A model generated the notes under the pieces. It saw only the letters and a list, made by a program, of their open reading frames with translations. It did no database searches and was not told the origin of the DNA. The position numbers and the translations under genes are program-made. Shown piece after piece: positions 51,590 through 63,392 of a DNA stretch of 64,000 nucleotides. This DNA is from Macrostomum hystrix (Eukaryota; Animalia; Platyhelminthes). The stretch is from NCBI GenBank assembly GCA_950097015.1, contig CATNEN010000008.1, positions 682,001 to 746,000 on the forward strand. Reading direction: 5' to 3'. Position 1 is the first letter of the stretch; each line of letters begins with the position of its first letter.

Positions 51590-52444
51590 AAAGAAAACTG
51601 AAGGAAAGAGGGGAAACTTCAGGGAAGAAATTCCTTCGCTAGTTTGGATGGTCACGTGACACTAGGACTCAGCGGCCAGGCCTCCTGTCTCCTGTTGCTC
51701 TCGATTCATCAGCCATTTTGTTAAATTTTGTCTGCTATGCCTTCCTGCCTGACGCGGATGAAATATTTCATGCATAGAAATGTAATTCCTGAATTCAAAC
51801 ACGCTTCCTGAGGCTCGCACCTTCCATATCCTGTCTGTGCCAGGTCGGGGAGCCGGGGCTGGGTAGAATTAATCAGTGCGGTGAAGCCTGGGCAGTCGAA
51901 ACTACCCGCTAGGAAACTGATGCTGGAAAAGATGGAGCCGCTGTCCAATTCCCCGAGATTGAAATGGCCGCTGCGGAGAAATGTTAGCGCGGATAAGAAG
52001 GGGGCATTAGTGACCTGGGCTAGAGGTACTGCAAACCCAATCAATGCCCACAGGATATGCCAGACTATTCCTATTTGAGCCCAGAAAGCTTGCTCAGCTA
52101 TATAGTAACTCGGGTTGAGACTGGCTTGTCAATCGTCAAACTGGTAATTCGGCCGCTGAATATTAATTGAAGTATGTAAATACGCCAGCTTGATTGATGC
52201 CATTCAGCTGCCCTTTTGAGTTGGGGGGGGGGGCAAGTTTTGGCGGCCTTGAACATCTGCGCTACCTGGGCTTTCTTGTGAGCTCAGCGGATATTAATGA
52301 ATTGACTGGTCCTACATGCATGCCTTCTCTCTCCTTTCTTCTCCTCTCCGTCTTCTCACTCTAATCACTCTTCTTCTGAGCCTCCTCATCCCTCTGAATA
52401 TTTTACTGCTACAGTGATTTTTGTCACCTTCCCTGTATCCTTCA

Positions 52445-53250
52445 GAAGTTCTCTCTCCGTCTCTCCGTCTCTCCCTCTCTACCTATCTTGTTCGTTCTCT
52501 ATCCTTATCTCTCTCCTTATCTCTCTCCTTCTCACTTTCCTTCTCTCCCTCTCTCCCTCTCTCCTTCTCTCCTTCTCCCCCTCTCTCCTTTTCTCCTTTT
52601 CTCCTTCTCTGCCTCTCTCCTTCTCTCCTTCTCTCCCTCTCTCTCCTTCTTTCCCTCTCTCCCTCTCTCCTTCTCTCCTTCTCTCCTTCTCTCCCTCTCT
52701 CTCCTTCTCTCCTTCTTTCCCTCTCTCCCTCTCTCCTTCTCTCCTTCTTTCCCTCTCTCCCTCTCTCCTTCTCTCCTTCTTTCCCTCTCTCCCTCTCTCC
52801 TTCTCTCCTTCTTTCCCTCTCTCCCTCTCTCCTTCTCTCCTTCTTTCCCTCTCTCCCTCTCTCCCTCTCTCTCCTTCTCTCCTTCTCTCCTTCTCTCCCT
52901 CTCTCTCCTTCTCTCCTTCTTTCCCTCTCTCCCTCTCTCCTTCTCTCATTCTTTCCCTCTCTCCCTCTCTCCTTCTCTCCTTCTTTCCCTCTCTCGCTCT
53001 CTCCTTCTCTCCTTCTTTCCCTCTCTCCCTCTCTCCCTCTCTCTCCTTCTCTCCTTCTCTCCCTCTCTCCCTCTCTCTCCTTCTCTCCTTCTCTCCCTCT
53101 CTCCCTTTCTCTCCTTCTCACTTTCCTTCTCTCCCTCTCTCCCTCTCTCCTTCTCTCCTTCTCCCCCTCTCTCCTTTTCTCCTTTTCTCCTTCTCTGCCT
53201 CTCTCCCACTCTCGTTTTCTCCCTCTCTCCCTCTCTGCTTCCATCTCCTA
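52445..53250. repeat. TC-rich low-complexity microsatellite
   Basis: Direct observation. Confidence 0.93.
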
Positions 53251-53680
53251 AACTTTCTGTCCATCTGTCAGTCAGAGTGAGTTGTCAGTTGCTATGCAAG
53301 CGTGGAAACTCCCCCAGTTGATCAGAATGCAGAAAGCATCACTGGTTTCAAATTCGGTGATTTATTAAGCCCCGCGCGACAACTTCAGCCTCGTAGGCTC
53401 AACGAGCCCCATCGCGGAAGGTCTCAAAATCGAATCCGCACAAGCCGGTCACTAGGCCGGGCACAATGACACTCAGTGACCGTCATCTCCCTTTTATTGT
53501 TTCGCATGACTGGACAAATGAAATGAGAAAATAATTAGGAAATAATCCGGCCCTGAGCAAGCCAGAAAATTGGGATTTCGAAATGGCTGGGATCCTCATC
53601 ACAGCTGAGTTACAAATCTGATGGCTTACTATTTAGTGTACTATTAAGCTTCTGTAAATCAAGAAATATTAAGATAAGAT

Positions 53681-55812
53681 AAGTTTCACAACTTCCCTGA
53701 AGTTTCACTTCCCTGAAGTTTCACTTCCCTGAAGTTTCACTTCCCTGAAGTTTCATAAATTCCCTGAAGTTTCACTTCCCTGAAGTTTCACTTCCCTGAA
53801 GTTTCACTTCCCTGAAGTTTCACTTCCCTGAAGTTTCATAACTTCCCTGAAGTTTCACTTCCCTGAAGTTTCATAACTTCCCTGAAGTTTCACTTTCCTG
53901 AAGTTTCACTTTCCTGAAGTTTCACTTCCCTGAAGTTTCACAACTTCCCTGAAGTTTCACTTTCCTGAAGTTTCACAACTTCCCTGAAGTTTCACAACTT
54001 CCCTGAAGTTTCACTTCCCTGAAGTTTCATAAATTCCCTGAAGTTTCACTTCCCTGAAGTTTCACTTCCCTGAAGTTTCACTTCCCTGAAGTTTCACTTC
54101 CCTGAAGTTTCACTTCCCTGAAGTTTCACTTCCCTGAAGTTTCACTTCCCTGAAGTTTCACTTCCCTGAAGTTTCACTTCCCTGAAGTTTCACTTCCCTG
54201 AAGTTTCACTTCCCTGAAGTTTCATAACTTCCCTGAAGTTTCACTTTCCTGAAGTTTCACTTTCCTGAAGTTTCACTTCCCTGAAGTTTCACAACTTCCC
54301 TGAAGTTTCACTTTCCTGAAGTTTCACAACTTCCCTGAAGTTTCACTTTCCTGAAGTTTCACTTCCCTGAAGTTTCACAACTTCCCTGAAGTTTCACAGC
54401 TTCCCTGAAGTTTCACAACCTCCCTGAAGTCTCACAACTTCCCTGAAGTTTCACAACTTCCCTGAAGTTTCACAACTTCCCTGAAGTTTCACAACTTCCC
54501 TGAAGTCTCACAACTTTCCTGGAAGTTTCACTTCCCTGAAGTTTCACAACTTCCCTGAAGTTTCACAACTTTCCTGAAGTTTCACTTTCCTGAAGTTTCA
54601 CTTCCCTGAAGTTTCACAACTTCCCTGAAGTTTCACAACTTCCCTGAAGTTTCACAGCTTCCCTGAAGTTTCACAACCTCCCTGAAGTCTCACAACTTCC
54701 CTGAAGTTTCACTTCCCTGAAGTTTCACTTCCCTGAAGTTTCACTTTCCTGAAGTTTCACTTCCCTGAAGTTTCACTTCCCTGAAGTTTCACTTCCCTGA
54801 AGTTTCACTTCCCTGAAGTTTCACTTCCCTGAAGTTTCACTTCCCTGAAGTTTCACTTCCCTGAAGTTTCATAACTTCCCTGAAGTTTCACTTTCCTGAA
54901 GTTTCACTTTCCTGAAGTTTCACAACTTCCCTGAAGTTTCACAACTTCCCTGAAGTTTCACTTCCCAGAAGTTTCACTTTCCTGAAGTTTCACAACTTCC
55001 CTGAAGTTTCACAACTTCCCTGTAGTTTCACTTCCCAGAAGCTTCACTTTCCTGAAGTTTCACTTGCCTGAAGTTTCACTTTCCTGAAGTTTCACTTTCC
55101 TGAAGTTTCACTTGACTCAAGTTTCACAACTTCCCTGAAGTTTCACTTTCCTGAAGTTTCACTTTCCTGAAGTTTCACTTCCCCGAAGTTTCACTTTCCT
55201 GAAGTTTCACTTCCCTGAAGTTTCACAACCTCCCTGAAGTCTCACAACTTCCCTGAAGTTTCACAACTTCCCTGAAGTTTCACAACTTCCCTGAAGTTTC
55301 ACTTTCCTGAAGTTTCACTTTCCTGAAGTTTCACTTCCCTGAAGTTTCACTTTCCTGAAGTTTCACTTCCCTGAAGTTTCACAACTTCCCTGAAGTTTCA
55401 CAACTTTCCTGAAGTTTCACTTTCCTGAAGTTTCACTTCCCTGAAGTTTCACAACTTCCCTGAAGTTTCACAACTTCCCTGAAGTTTCACAGCTTCCCTG
55501 AAGTTTCACAACCTCCCTGAAGTCTCACAACTTCCCTGAAGTTTCACAACTTCCCTGAAGTTTCACAACTTCCCTGAAGTTTCACAACTTCCCTGAAGTT
55601 TCACAACTTCCCTGAAGTCTCACAACTTTCCTGGAAGTTTCACAACTTCCCTGAAGTTTCACAACTTCCCTGAAGTTTCACAACTTCCCTGAAGTTTCAC
55701 AACTTCCCTGAAGTTTCACAACTTCCCTGAAGTCTCACAACTTTCCTGGAAGTTTCACTTCCCTGAAGTCTCACAACTTCCCTGAAGTTTCACAACTTCC
55801 CTGAAGTTTCAC
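53681..55812. repeat. 16/19-bp minisatellite (ttccctgaagtttcac[aac])n
   Basis: Tandem repetition. Confidence 0.96.
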
Positions 55813-56323
55813 TCTTATCACTTAGCAAACTTCCTTTAGAATATTGAAACACCAGGTTGGGATGTGTTAGTAGCTATCAAATAATTTTTCTAACCTGGGC
55901 AGCTTTGCCAAAGTTTTTAGGTGGGAAAAGTACACACACACTGACAAACAATGTAAGTCATGAAAAAGCGACAAAGCCATGCCCCGCTATCTCCGGGTAT
56001 CACCGCCCATTGCGGGCGCGTGTTGGCGGGTTGGGCTTTTAAATCCCAACACATTTTGGCAGTGTGGGATTCTGGTGACGAGGGAAGACAGGACGGATGG
56101 GGTGAGAGTCAATAAGTGGAAAACTTTCAGTCCAGTGAGCCGGGCCGCAGTCATACATAACTTCATCCATCACTTTCTCACTTCTCCCTGTCAGTCAGTC
56201 AGTCTGTCTGCATCTCTATTTGCTATTTAGAAAATCAAGAATATGCATTGCAACTCATTTGAAATGCTGTCATTCGAATGTATCACGTGACTTAACTACC
56301 AGTCGCATTGTTGCAACTCACAG

Positions 56324-56749
56324 GTCCGTACTGTTCATTCTGCCTGGGCGCGGTGGCTCGCTACAATCGTTATCACCTGTACCAGCGGCCAATTATCACC
56401 TCTGGCGGCGGAGCCAGCGTCCTTAACAACAAGCGCGAGTACTTCAATTTGATTCGAGTTGGCCCAAATCACATGCAAATCGAAGAGATGCTTCTCAAAA
56501 TATTCGCCTATTACAATTGGAAGCCTAGGCCTGTACAGACTGTGCTCATTGTTGGCCCGGCTGATGAGATGAACTCAAGACGGCAACAGTCTGAGTCTAT
56601 CAACTCAGAGGCTCTGGTGATGAGTGTCGGTATTGAGCGCATGCTGACACAGCCGAATGTCAGCTATATCGCCCGCCGGCTAACTTACAAGCCGGGTGTG
56701 CCACACCTGGCCAATCAGCTGTTCAAGGTGCTCAGAGAAGAGGTTCGAC
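56324..56749 (+). CDS. Receptor guanylyl cyclase variable cassette D, exon 2
   Basis: ctcacag|GT CCG TAC TGT: GPYCSFCLGAVAR...RPIITSGG...NKREYFNLIRVGP...YYNW; donor C|gtaaga at 56750 (phase 1). Confidence 0.92.
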
Positions 56750-56848
56750 GTAAGATTCCGCGAGCATTCACCAGTGGATTGATAACCGTTGATTGAAACT
56801 GCAGCTGTTCAGTCTGCGGACTGGGTGGGGACCGCCATGGACATCATG

Positions 56849-57090
56849 GAGCTCGATTCCGCGGCGAGGCCACATTCATTTAATCGCAGGCTTGGGGCTC
56901 GTCGTGCACTTCACGCCCTATAGTTAAATTGTACTCTGCCTGACGATGAGAAAGTCAGGGCAGATGTACACACCTGTGTGAGCGTGTGCTTAGGAGTCAG
57001 CGAAATCGGCAGAATTGCCTCCTCGCTGGCTGCGGGTCTGGTGTCACCAAATGATGTGCCACTGCCCGCAGCCCTCCAGCAACTATTATT
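56849..57090 (+). mobile_element. 5'-truncated copy of SINE family 1
   Basis: gagctcgattccgcggcgaggccaca and ctgcctgacgatgagaaagtcaggg...ggcagaattgcctcctcgctggctgc shared with 8627-8952; tattattat tail. Confidence 0.85.
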
Positions 57091-57589
57091 ATGAATAGAA
57101 TGCTCATACTCGTGCTTCTATTCTGAAAATTCAGTGAAAAATATTATAGCCGAACATTACCACAGGCTGAATCATTGACAGTATCGAACCCGGCTAGCCA
57201 CCAGATCATCGCTTTGATGGCAACCCGTGGCTGATGCATAATTCAAGGCCTTCTTTGCCAGGGCTTCCTAGCGTTGCCCCGCTTCCAACTACTGCCAGGG
57301 GATTAAACTCCGCAGCACACGGAATCCCACCCAATCTTGCCGTGTGTCAGATTTTTCCCAGGGGGATTAATGCCCAGCCGGGGGAGCAATTCGAGACGAA
57401 TTTGACGGCGAAGAGCTTCAAACGATTGAGGCTCTGGGTTCCTGATCTTGGACTTCCGTGTGTGTGTTCGTGTGAGCGGGGGTTTCATTCGGCGGTCCAT
57501 CGCATATAAATAGCAAGAATGTTAAATCGAGTGCATCGGCCAGTTCTGTGCCTGTGACTTTTTGAATCTTCCAATGCGCTATTCCTCTC

Positions 57590-57590
57590 C

Positions 57591-57624
<34 letters not shown>

Positions 57625-58370
57625 TACTCTCCTTTTCACTCTCTCACTCTCACTCTCACTCTTACTCTCACTCTCACTCTCCTTCTCACTCTCAATCTCA
57701 CTCTCCCTCTCACTCTCGCTCTCACTCTCCTTCTCGCTCTCACTCTCCTTCTCGCTCTCACTCTCACTCTCCTTCTCCTTCTCACTCTCACTCTCACTCT
57801 CACTCTTACTCTCACTCTCACTCTCCATCTCACTCTCACTCTCCTTCTCCTTCTCACTCTCACTCTCACTCTCACTCTTACTCTCACTCTCACTCTCCAT
57901 CTCACTCTCACTCTCCTTCTCCTTCTCACTCTCACTCTCCATCTCACTCTCACTCTCACTCTCCTTCTCACTCTCAATCTCACTCTTACTCTCACTCTCA
58001 CTCTCCTTCTCACTCTCGCTCTCGCTCTCGCTCTCACTCTCACTCTTACTCTTACTCTAAACTCTCAATCTCCCCCTCTCTCTCTCCCTCTCCCTCTCCC
58101 TCTCACTCTCACTCTCCTTTTCACTCTCACTCTCACTCTTACTCTCACTCTCACTCTCCTTCTCACTCTCAATCTCGCTCTCACTCTCACTCTTACTCTT
58201 TCTCTAAACTCTCAATCTCCCCCCCTCTCTCTCCCTCTCCCTCTCCCTCTCACTCTCACTCTCCTTTTCACTTTCACTCTCACTCTCAGTCTCACTCTCA
58301 CTCTCCTTCTCCATCTCCCTCTTACTCTCAGTCTCCGTCTCACTAGCACTCTCTTTCTCCCTCTCCCTTT
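57590..58370. repeat. (ctcact)n-type microsatellite
   Basis: Direct observation. Confidence 0.93.
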
Positions 58371-59725
58371 CCCTCAGCCCCGCCTCAAGCAGCAATTCAA
58401 TTGCGCATACATTAAATTTCCGGCTTAAAATTATAAAACTCCAAATTCGGTTGGGTCTACAAAGGGATACGAAACCTTATATTGATGTTCTATTTATTTA
58501 ATTGGTCATTTCCGGCTTTGAATTATTACTGAGGAAATTCTTTGGCGATTGAGAGACTTGGGATTCAAAAAAGTCTAGGATAATACGAGAATTGAATTGA
58601 AGCCACAACGCAGCGAACTAAATGAGGTTTTCTGGGATTAGACCGATGTGAGAACAGATCCCTCTTCTTCCCTCTCCTTATCTATCCAGTCCTTTCCCTG
58701 GTAGTAAAAGCAGCAAACCAAAGCTGAATCTTCCCTGCTCTCATTTCCCACATTTGCCCGGCTGGAATTCCGCCTCCCCGTTTCCTGGGCGGATAAAAAA
58801 GCGATAGGCCGTGATTCCCGGGGCGGTAGTTTAGTGGATGGCATTAACCTCGGCATCGCGGCTACTACTGGGCCAGGCCAATTAGTGTGTGGCTCAGGTT
58901 TACAAAAATGTTGCTATGTGGTGTGCTTTGCTGCCTGTTGCTTGTAAAATAAAATGCTGTGTGGCGCCCAAGCTTACAGGCTTGGCACTCACTAGTCCCA
59001 GTCTCTTCAACGAGCAGCCCAGAGCTCGTAGTTCAGACTCCGATGGGAGGGAAATGGAAATCGATTTCCACAAGAAGATAATCAACCCGGATTTTTATAC
59101 CGCCTGCCGAGAGCGCAGATGAGGAGGAGGAAGAAGCAAATTTCTTCTTCTTGTGAGCTGCACTGGAGCCGCAGCGCAGATTTCATAGCACTCACCTGAG
59201 CTGGACTGGACACTGCTCAGGGTCTTCTGTATGCCCTTAGCTCGTGTTTCTTTTTACTTTATTGCTAAAAAATCGTTCTTTGCCTCATTCCACCGGTCAG
59301 GTAATCCCAACTCTAAAAAGAAAACAGTTGCTATGCTTGTCTCGAACAGTCTGCAATCCCGTGTGCCATCGACCGACTAATCTTTCTTCCTGAAAGAATG
59401 CCATATTGCTTTTACCGACAGCTGACTCCATTTAATTCCGAATAAAGGCGCAAAGTTAAAAGTGCAAGCGGAAAAGATGCCATTCTTTTAGGGGAGACAA
59501 TTTCTTGTGAAAGTAGAGAGTAGGAGAACTGGATTATGAAAAAGCGATAATAAGCTATGGTGGAAGATTGTAGCTAATTTAGTGAAAAACGAGAAAACCA
59601 TTTGTTCCTTTATCTAGCAATAGAAGCTTCCCAGTGATTGTCTCCCATCTGAATTAATTTAGCCGCGCAGGAAGCCACACAAGACGAGCCTAAATCTCAG
59701 GATAAGCAACAAAAATCTATTTCAG

Positions 59726-59837
59726 TTGTGGTTCTGTGCGCCGATCCCGACACGGTGAGGGACATCATGATTCAGGCCGAAGAACTCGGCTTCATCAATG
59801 GCGAGTACGTTTTCTTCAACATTGACCTCTTCAGCAG
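59726..59837 (+). CDS. Receptor guanylyl cyclase constant exon 1
   Basis: atttcag|TT GTG: xVVLCADPDTVRDIMIQAEELGFINGEYVFFNIDLFS, the classical NPR VxxC...GEYVFF.ID motif; phase 1 in, phase 2 out (AG|gtgagc). Confidence 0.93.
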
Positions 59838-60025
59838 GTGAGCAATTCCGGCCTCGCTCCGGTTTCCATATTGTCTAATTATTACTATGCGGGCTTCGAG
59901 GATCACGGAAGCAAGTGCTTTTGGACTTAGAAATTTAGTGCAGCTGCACTGATAAGATATGCACTATACAGCATTAGCACAGTAATGGTATCTAATAATA
60001 TCTTATCTGCTCTTTGATCCACCAC

Positions 60026-60565
60026 CCCATTCTCCGCCCAGCGATAAGCTGACACTATTCACCCACCACCCCATCCTCCGCCCAGCGATAAGCTGACACT
60101 ATTCACCCACCACCCCATCCTCCGCCAAGCGATAAGCTGACACTATTCACCCACCCCATCCTCCGCCCAGCGATAAGCTGACACTATTCACCCACCCCAT
60201 CCTCCGCTCAGCGATAAGATGACACTATTCACCCACCACCTACCCCATCCTCCGCCCAGCGATAAGCTGACACTATTCACCCACCACCCCATTCTCCGCC
60301 CAGCGATAAGCTGACACTATTCACCCACCACCCCATCCTCCGCTCAGCGATAAGCTGACACTATTCACCCACCACCCCATCCTCCGCCCAGCGATAAGCT
60401 GACACTATTCACCCACCCCATCCTCCGCCCAGCGATAAGCTGACACTATTCACCCACCCCATCCTCCGCTCAGCGATAAGATGACACTATTCACCCACCA
60501 CCTACCCCATCCTCCGCCCAGCGATAAGCTGACACTATTCACCCACCACCCCATTCTCCGCCCAG
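60026..60565. repeat. 41-49-bp minisatellite made of duplicated 3' splice-site sequence (ccccatcctccgcccagcgataagctgacactattcacccacca)n
   Basis: 12 upstream units containing ag|cgataagctg; the last unit supplies the real acceptor cag|cgagaagctg. Confidence 0.92.
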
Positions 60566-61128
60566 CGAGAAGCTGCGACTGCGGCCCTGGAATCGATCTG
60601 GCGACACAGCCGAAAGAAACGAGAAGGCCAGGCGGGCCTACCGCTCGCTGATGACAATCACCCTTCGAACTCCAAATTCTGAGGCCTATCGCAACTTTAG
60701 TCACCAGGTGAAGGCCCTGGCTGCTCAAAAGTACAATTTCACTTATCCGGAGAACGAAGTGAATAGTTTTGTCGGCGCCTTCCACGACGCCGTGCTGCTG
60801 TACGCTTTAGCCATCAACGACACGCTGCGAGACCACGGCAGCGAAGGCATTCGCAACGGCTCCCTCGTCACCGAGAAGATGAAATCGCGGAGCTTCGAGG
60901 GCATCACCGGCACCGTAATTATCAACGAGAATGGCGATCGAAATGCCAGCTACTCATTGTTGGACATGAACAAGGACACCGGAGACTTCGAGGTAGTGGC
61001 TCACTACAATGGCAATAATCGCACCTACGAGCCAGTCAATGGGCGAGACATCGACTGGAACAACGAGGACAACTTGCCACCGCCGGACATCCCCAAGTGC
61101 GGATTCGACTACTCGCGATGCAAGAAGG
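60566..61128 (+). CDS. Receptor guanylyl cyclase constant exon 2 (remainder of ectodomain)
   Basis: PW...AY.SLMTIT...FVGAFHDAVLLYALA...FEGITG.V.I.ENGDR..YSL...IDW...PPPDIPKCGFD.S.C; phase 2 in, phase 1 out (G|gtgagt at 61129). Confidence 0.96.
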
Positions 61129-61129
61129 G

Positions 61130-61890
61130 TGAGTGGATGGGATAGGCAGTGTGGGAAATACTGTGTGGGGGATGAGTGTACCGTGTGGGATAAGGAGTCT
61201 AGGGATGTGGATAGGGAGTGTAGGGATGAGTTTACAGTGTAGGAAACGGAGAGGAGGGATGAGTGTACAGTGTGGGATAGTGAGTGGAAGGATGAGTGTA
61301 CAGTGTGGGATAGTGAGTGGAAGGATGAGTGTACAGTGTGGGGTAGTGAATGGAGGGATGAGTGTACAGTGTGTGATAGGGAGTGCAGAGATGAGTATAC
61401 AGTGTGGGATAGGGAGTGCAGAGATGAGTGTACAGTGTGGGATAGGGAGTGCAGAGATGAGTATACAGTGTGGGATAGGGAGTGCAGAGATGAGTGTACA
61501 GTGTGGGATAGGGAGTGCAGAGATGAGTGTACAGTGTGGGATAGGGAGTGCAGAGATGAGTATACAGTGTGGGATAGGGAGTGCAGAGATGAGTGTACAC
61601 AGTATTAAAGGCAGTGCATAGATGATTATACACAGTATTAAAGGCAGTGCATAGATGAGTGTACACAGTATTAAAGGCAGTGCATAGATGATTATACACA
61701 GTATTAAAGGCAGTGCATAGATGAGTGTACACAGTATTAAAGGCAGTGCATAGATGATTATACACAGTATTAAAGGCAGTGCATAGATGAGTGTACACAG
61801 TATTAAAGGCAGTGCATAGATGAGTGTACACAGTATTAAAGGCAGTGCATAGATGAGTGTACAGTGTGGGATAGGCAGTGCATAGATGAG
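61130..61890. repeat. Two adjacent related 33-bp minisatellites (gatgagtgtacagtgtgggatagggagtgcaga and gatgagtgtacacagtattaaaggcagtgcata)
   Basis: Period 33. Confidence 0.92.
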
Positions 61891-61989
61891 TGTTCTCGGT
61901 TGAGGAAAACAGCACCATTTTTTAATCTATTCTTGGAAAACCTTTTGGCACCAAGAAAATCGCGTAGCTTTTCCCCTCCTCTGCGTCAG

Positions 61990-62849
61990 ACCTGTCCGAG
62001 ATAACCCTGTACGTGGTGGTGGTCCTGCTAGTCCTTATCTGCTTCATGACAGTCCTGATCTTCGTGATCTATCGGAAGCTGCGGCTAGAGAGCGAGCTGC
62101 ACGGCATGAACTGGCGCATCTCCTGGGAGGAGCTAGAGCCCACTGAGCGCGTTGCCGCTCGGAGACGCAGCATGGCTCAGCAGCAGCCTGTGCCAACGCG
62201 CCAGCAACAGCAGCAGCAGCTACCGCAGCCTCAGACTACAAGCAAGAAGAAACGATCTCAATCCAATGCTAAGAATCAGCAGCAGCAGCAGCAGCAGCAT
62301 CAGCAGGGTCATCGCAGATCAGATAGCGGCTGCCTGTTCTTTCCGAATCACCGCGCCTCCAGACGGTCGAATCGCGGCGATGACGCCAACGATGCGGCCG
62401 CTGAAACCCTGCCGCTGCGAGCATCGTCAGGAGCCGGCGTTGTCGCCGACGACAACCAGAGCGGCGGCCTGGTGGCCATCGGCATGGAACCGGATGGGGC
62501 CAGCATGGAATCGGTTGAGACCATCGCTGGAGTCCCGCTTAGCCAGATGTCCACAGCCCAGCTATTCGCCAAGACCGCCTACTACAAGGGCTCGCTGGTG
62601 GCCCTGAAGCGGCTGCATTTGAAAAACAAGCGCATTGAAGTCAGCAATCGCCTGCTGATGGAGGTGAAGCGAGTGAAAGATTTGGCGTCGGACAATGTTG
62701 TGAGATTCATTGGCGCCTGCTTGGACTCGCCACACGAGTGCCTGGTTACAGAGTACTGCCCCAAGGGTTCGCTGCAGGACATACTGGAGAATGACAACCT
62801 CAACTTGGACTGGATGTTCAAGATGTCCCTCATGGCCGACATCTGTCGG
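61990..62849 (+). CDS. Receptor guanylyl cyclase constant exon 3 (TM helix, juxtamembrane poly-Q insert, start of kinase-homology domain)
   Basis: gcgtcag|AC: ITLYVVVVLLVLICFMTVLIFVIY RK, ELHGMNWRI, YKGSLVALK, EVKRVKDL..DNVVRFIGAC, TEYCPKGSLQDILEN, LDWMFKMSLM.DI; donor CGG|gttggt (phase 0). Confidence 0.96.
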
Positions 62850-62892
62850 GTTGGTTTTTTAATCGAATTTTACTGTTTTTACTGTTCAGTTA

Positions 62893-63145
62893 CTGTGGGA
62901 GAAGGGGTGAGAGAAGAGCTGCAATGTGTGGGAGAAGGGGTGAGAGAAGAGCTGCAATGTGTGGGAGAAGGGGTGAGAGAAGAGCTGCAATGTGTGGGAG
63001 AAGGGGTGAGAGAAGAGCTGCAATGTGTGGGAGAAGGGGTGAGAGAAGAGCTGCAATGTGTGGGAGAAGGGAAGAGAGAAGAGCTGCAATGTGTGGGAGA
63101 AGGGGAAGAGAGAAGAGCTGCAATGTGTGGGAGAAGGGGTGAGAT
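62893..63145. repeat. 33-bp minisatellite (tgtgggagaaggggtgagagaagagctgcaatg)n
   Basis: Period 33 (62941, 62974). Confidence 0.92.
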
Positions 63146-63210
63146 AGGCGTTTTGTGTAATGTACGACTCGTAGAATACTGAATGCAAAACTTCTGCCCC
63201 TCTTACTCAG

Positions 63211-63382
63211 GGCATGATCTATCTGCATCACTCGTTCGGTTCCCATGGCAACCTGAAGTCTTCAAATTGCATGGTGGACTCGCGGTTCAGCCTGAAGATT
63301 GCGGACTTCGGCCTGCGCACCCTGCGCAGTCACAAGGTCGACTACAAGGACAAGGAGGACAGCGAATACTCCACCTACAGAA
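63211..63382 (+). CDS. Receptor guanylyl cyclase constant exon 4 (kinase-homology domain)
   Basis: ttactcag|GGC ATG: GMIYLH...[24 protein letters not shown] (pseudokinase HGN motif typical of rGCs); donor A|gtgagt at 63383. The cyclase domain lies beyond the window. Confidence 0.96.
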
Positions 63383-63392
63383 GTGAGTTCCC

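Noticed and set aside
51721-52078. Overlapping ORFs on both strands inside the cassette D intron as an additional cassette or nested gene
   Set aside because: No signal peptide, no NPR motifs and no clear splice signals.
29775-58428. Long ORFs such as REDKRV, SPSLPV, LTLTLT, ERGREG, PSAIFL and NRMSDAS
   Set aside because: Translations of stop-free mini/microsatellites on several frames at once; no splice or start context and no domain content.
59241-59300. 60-nt open, frame-preserving segment between ag and gtaatc as an extra exon before the constant region
   Set aside because: U-rich intron-like composition, weak acceptor and no homology to the NPR ectodomain.
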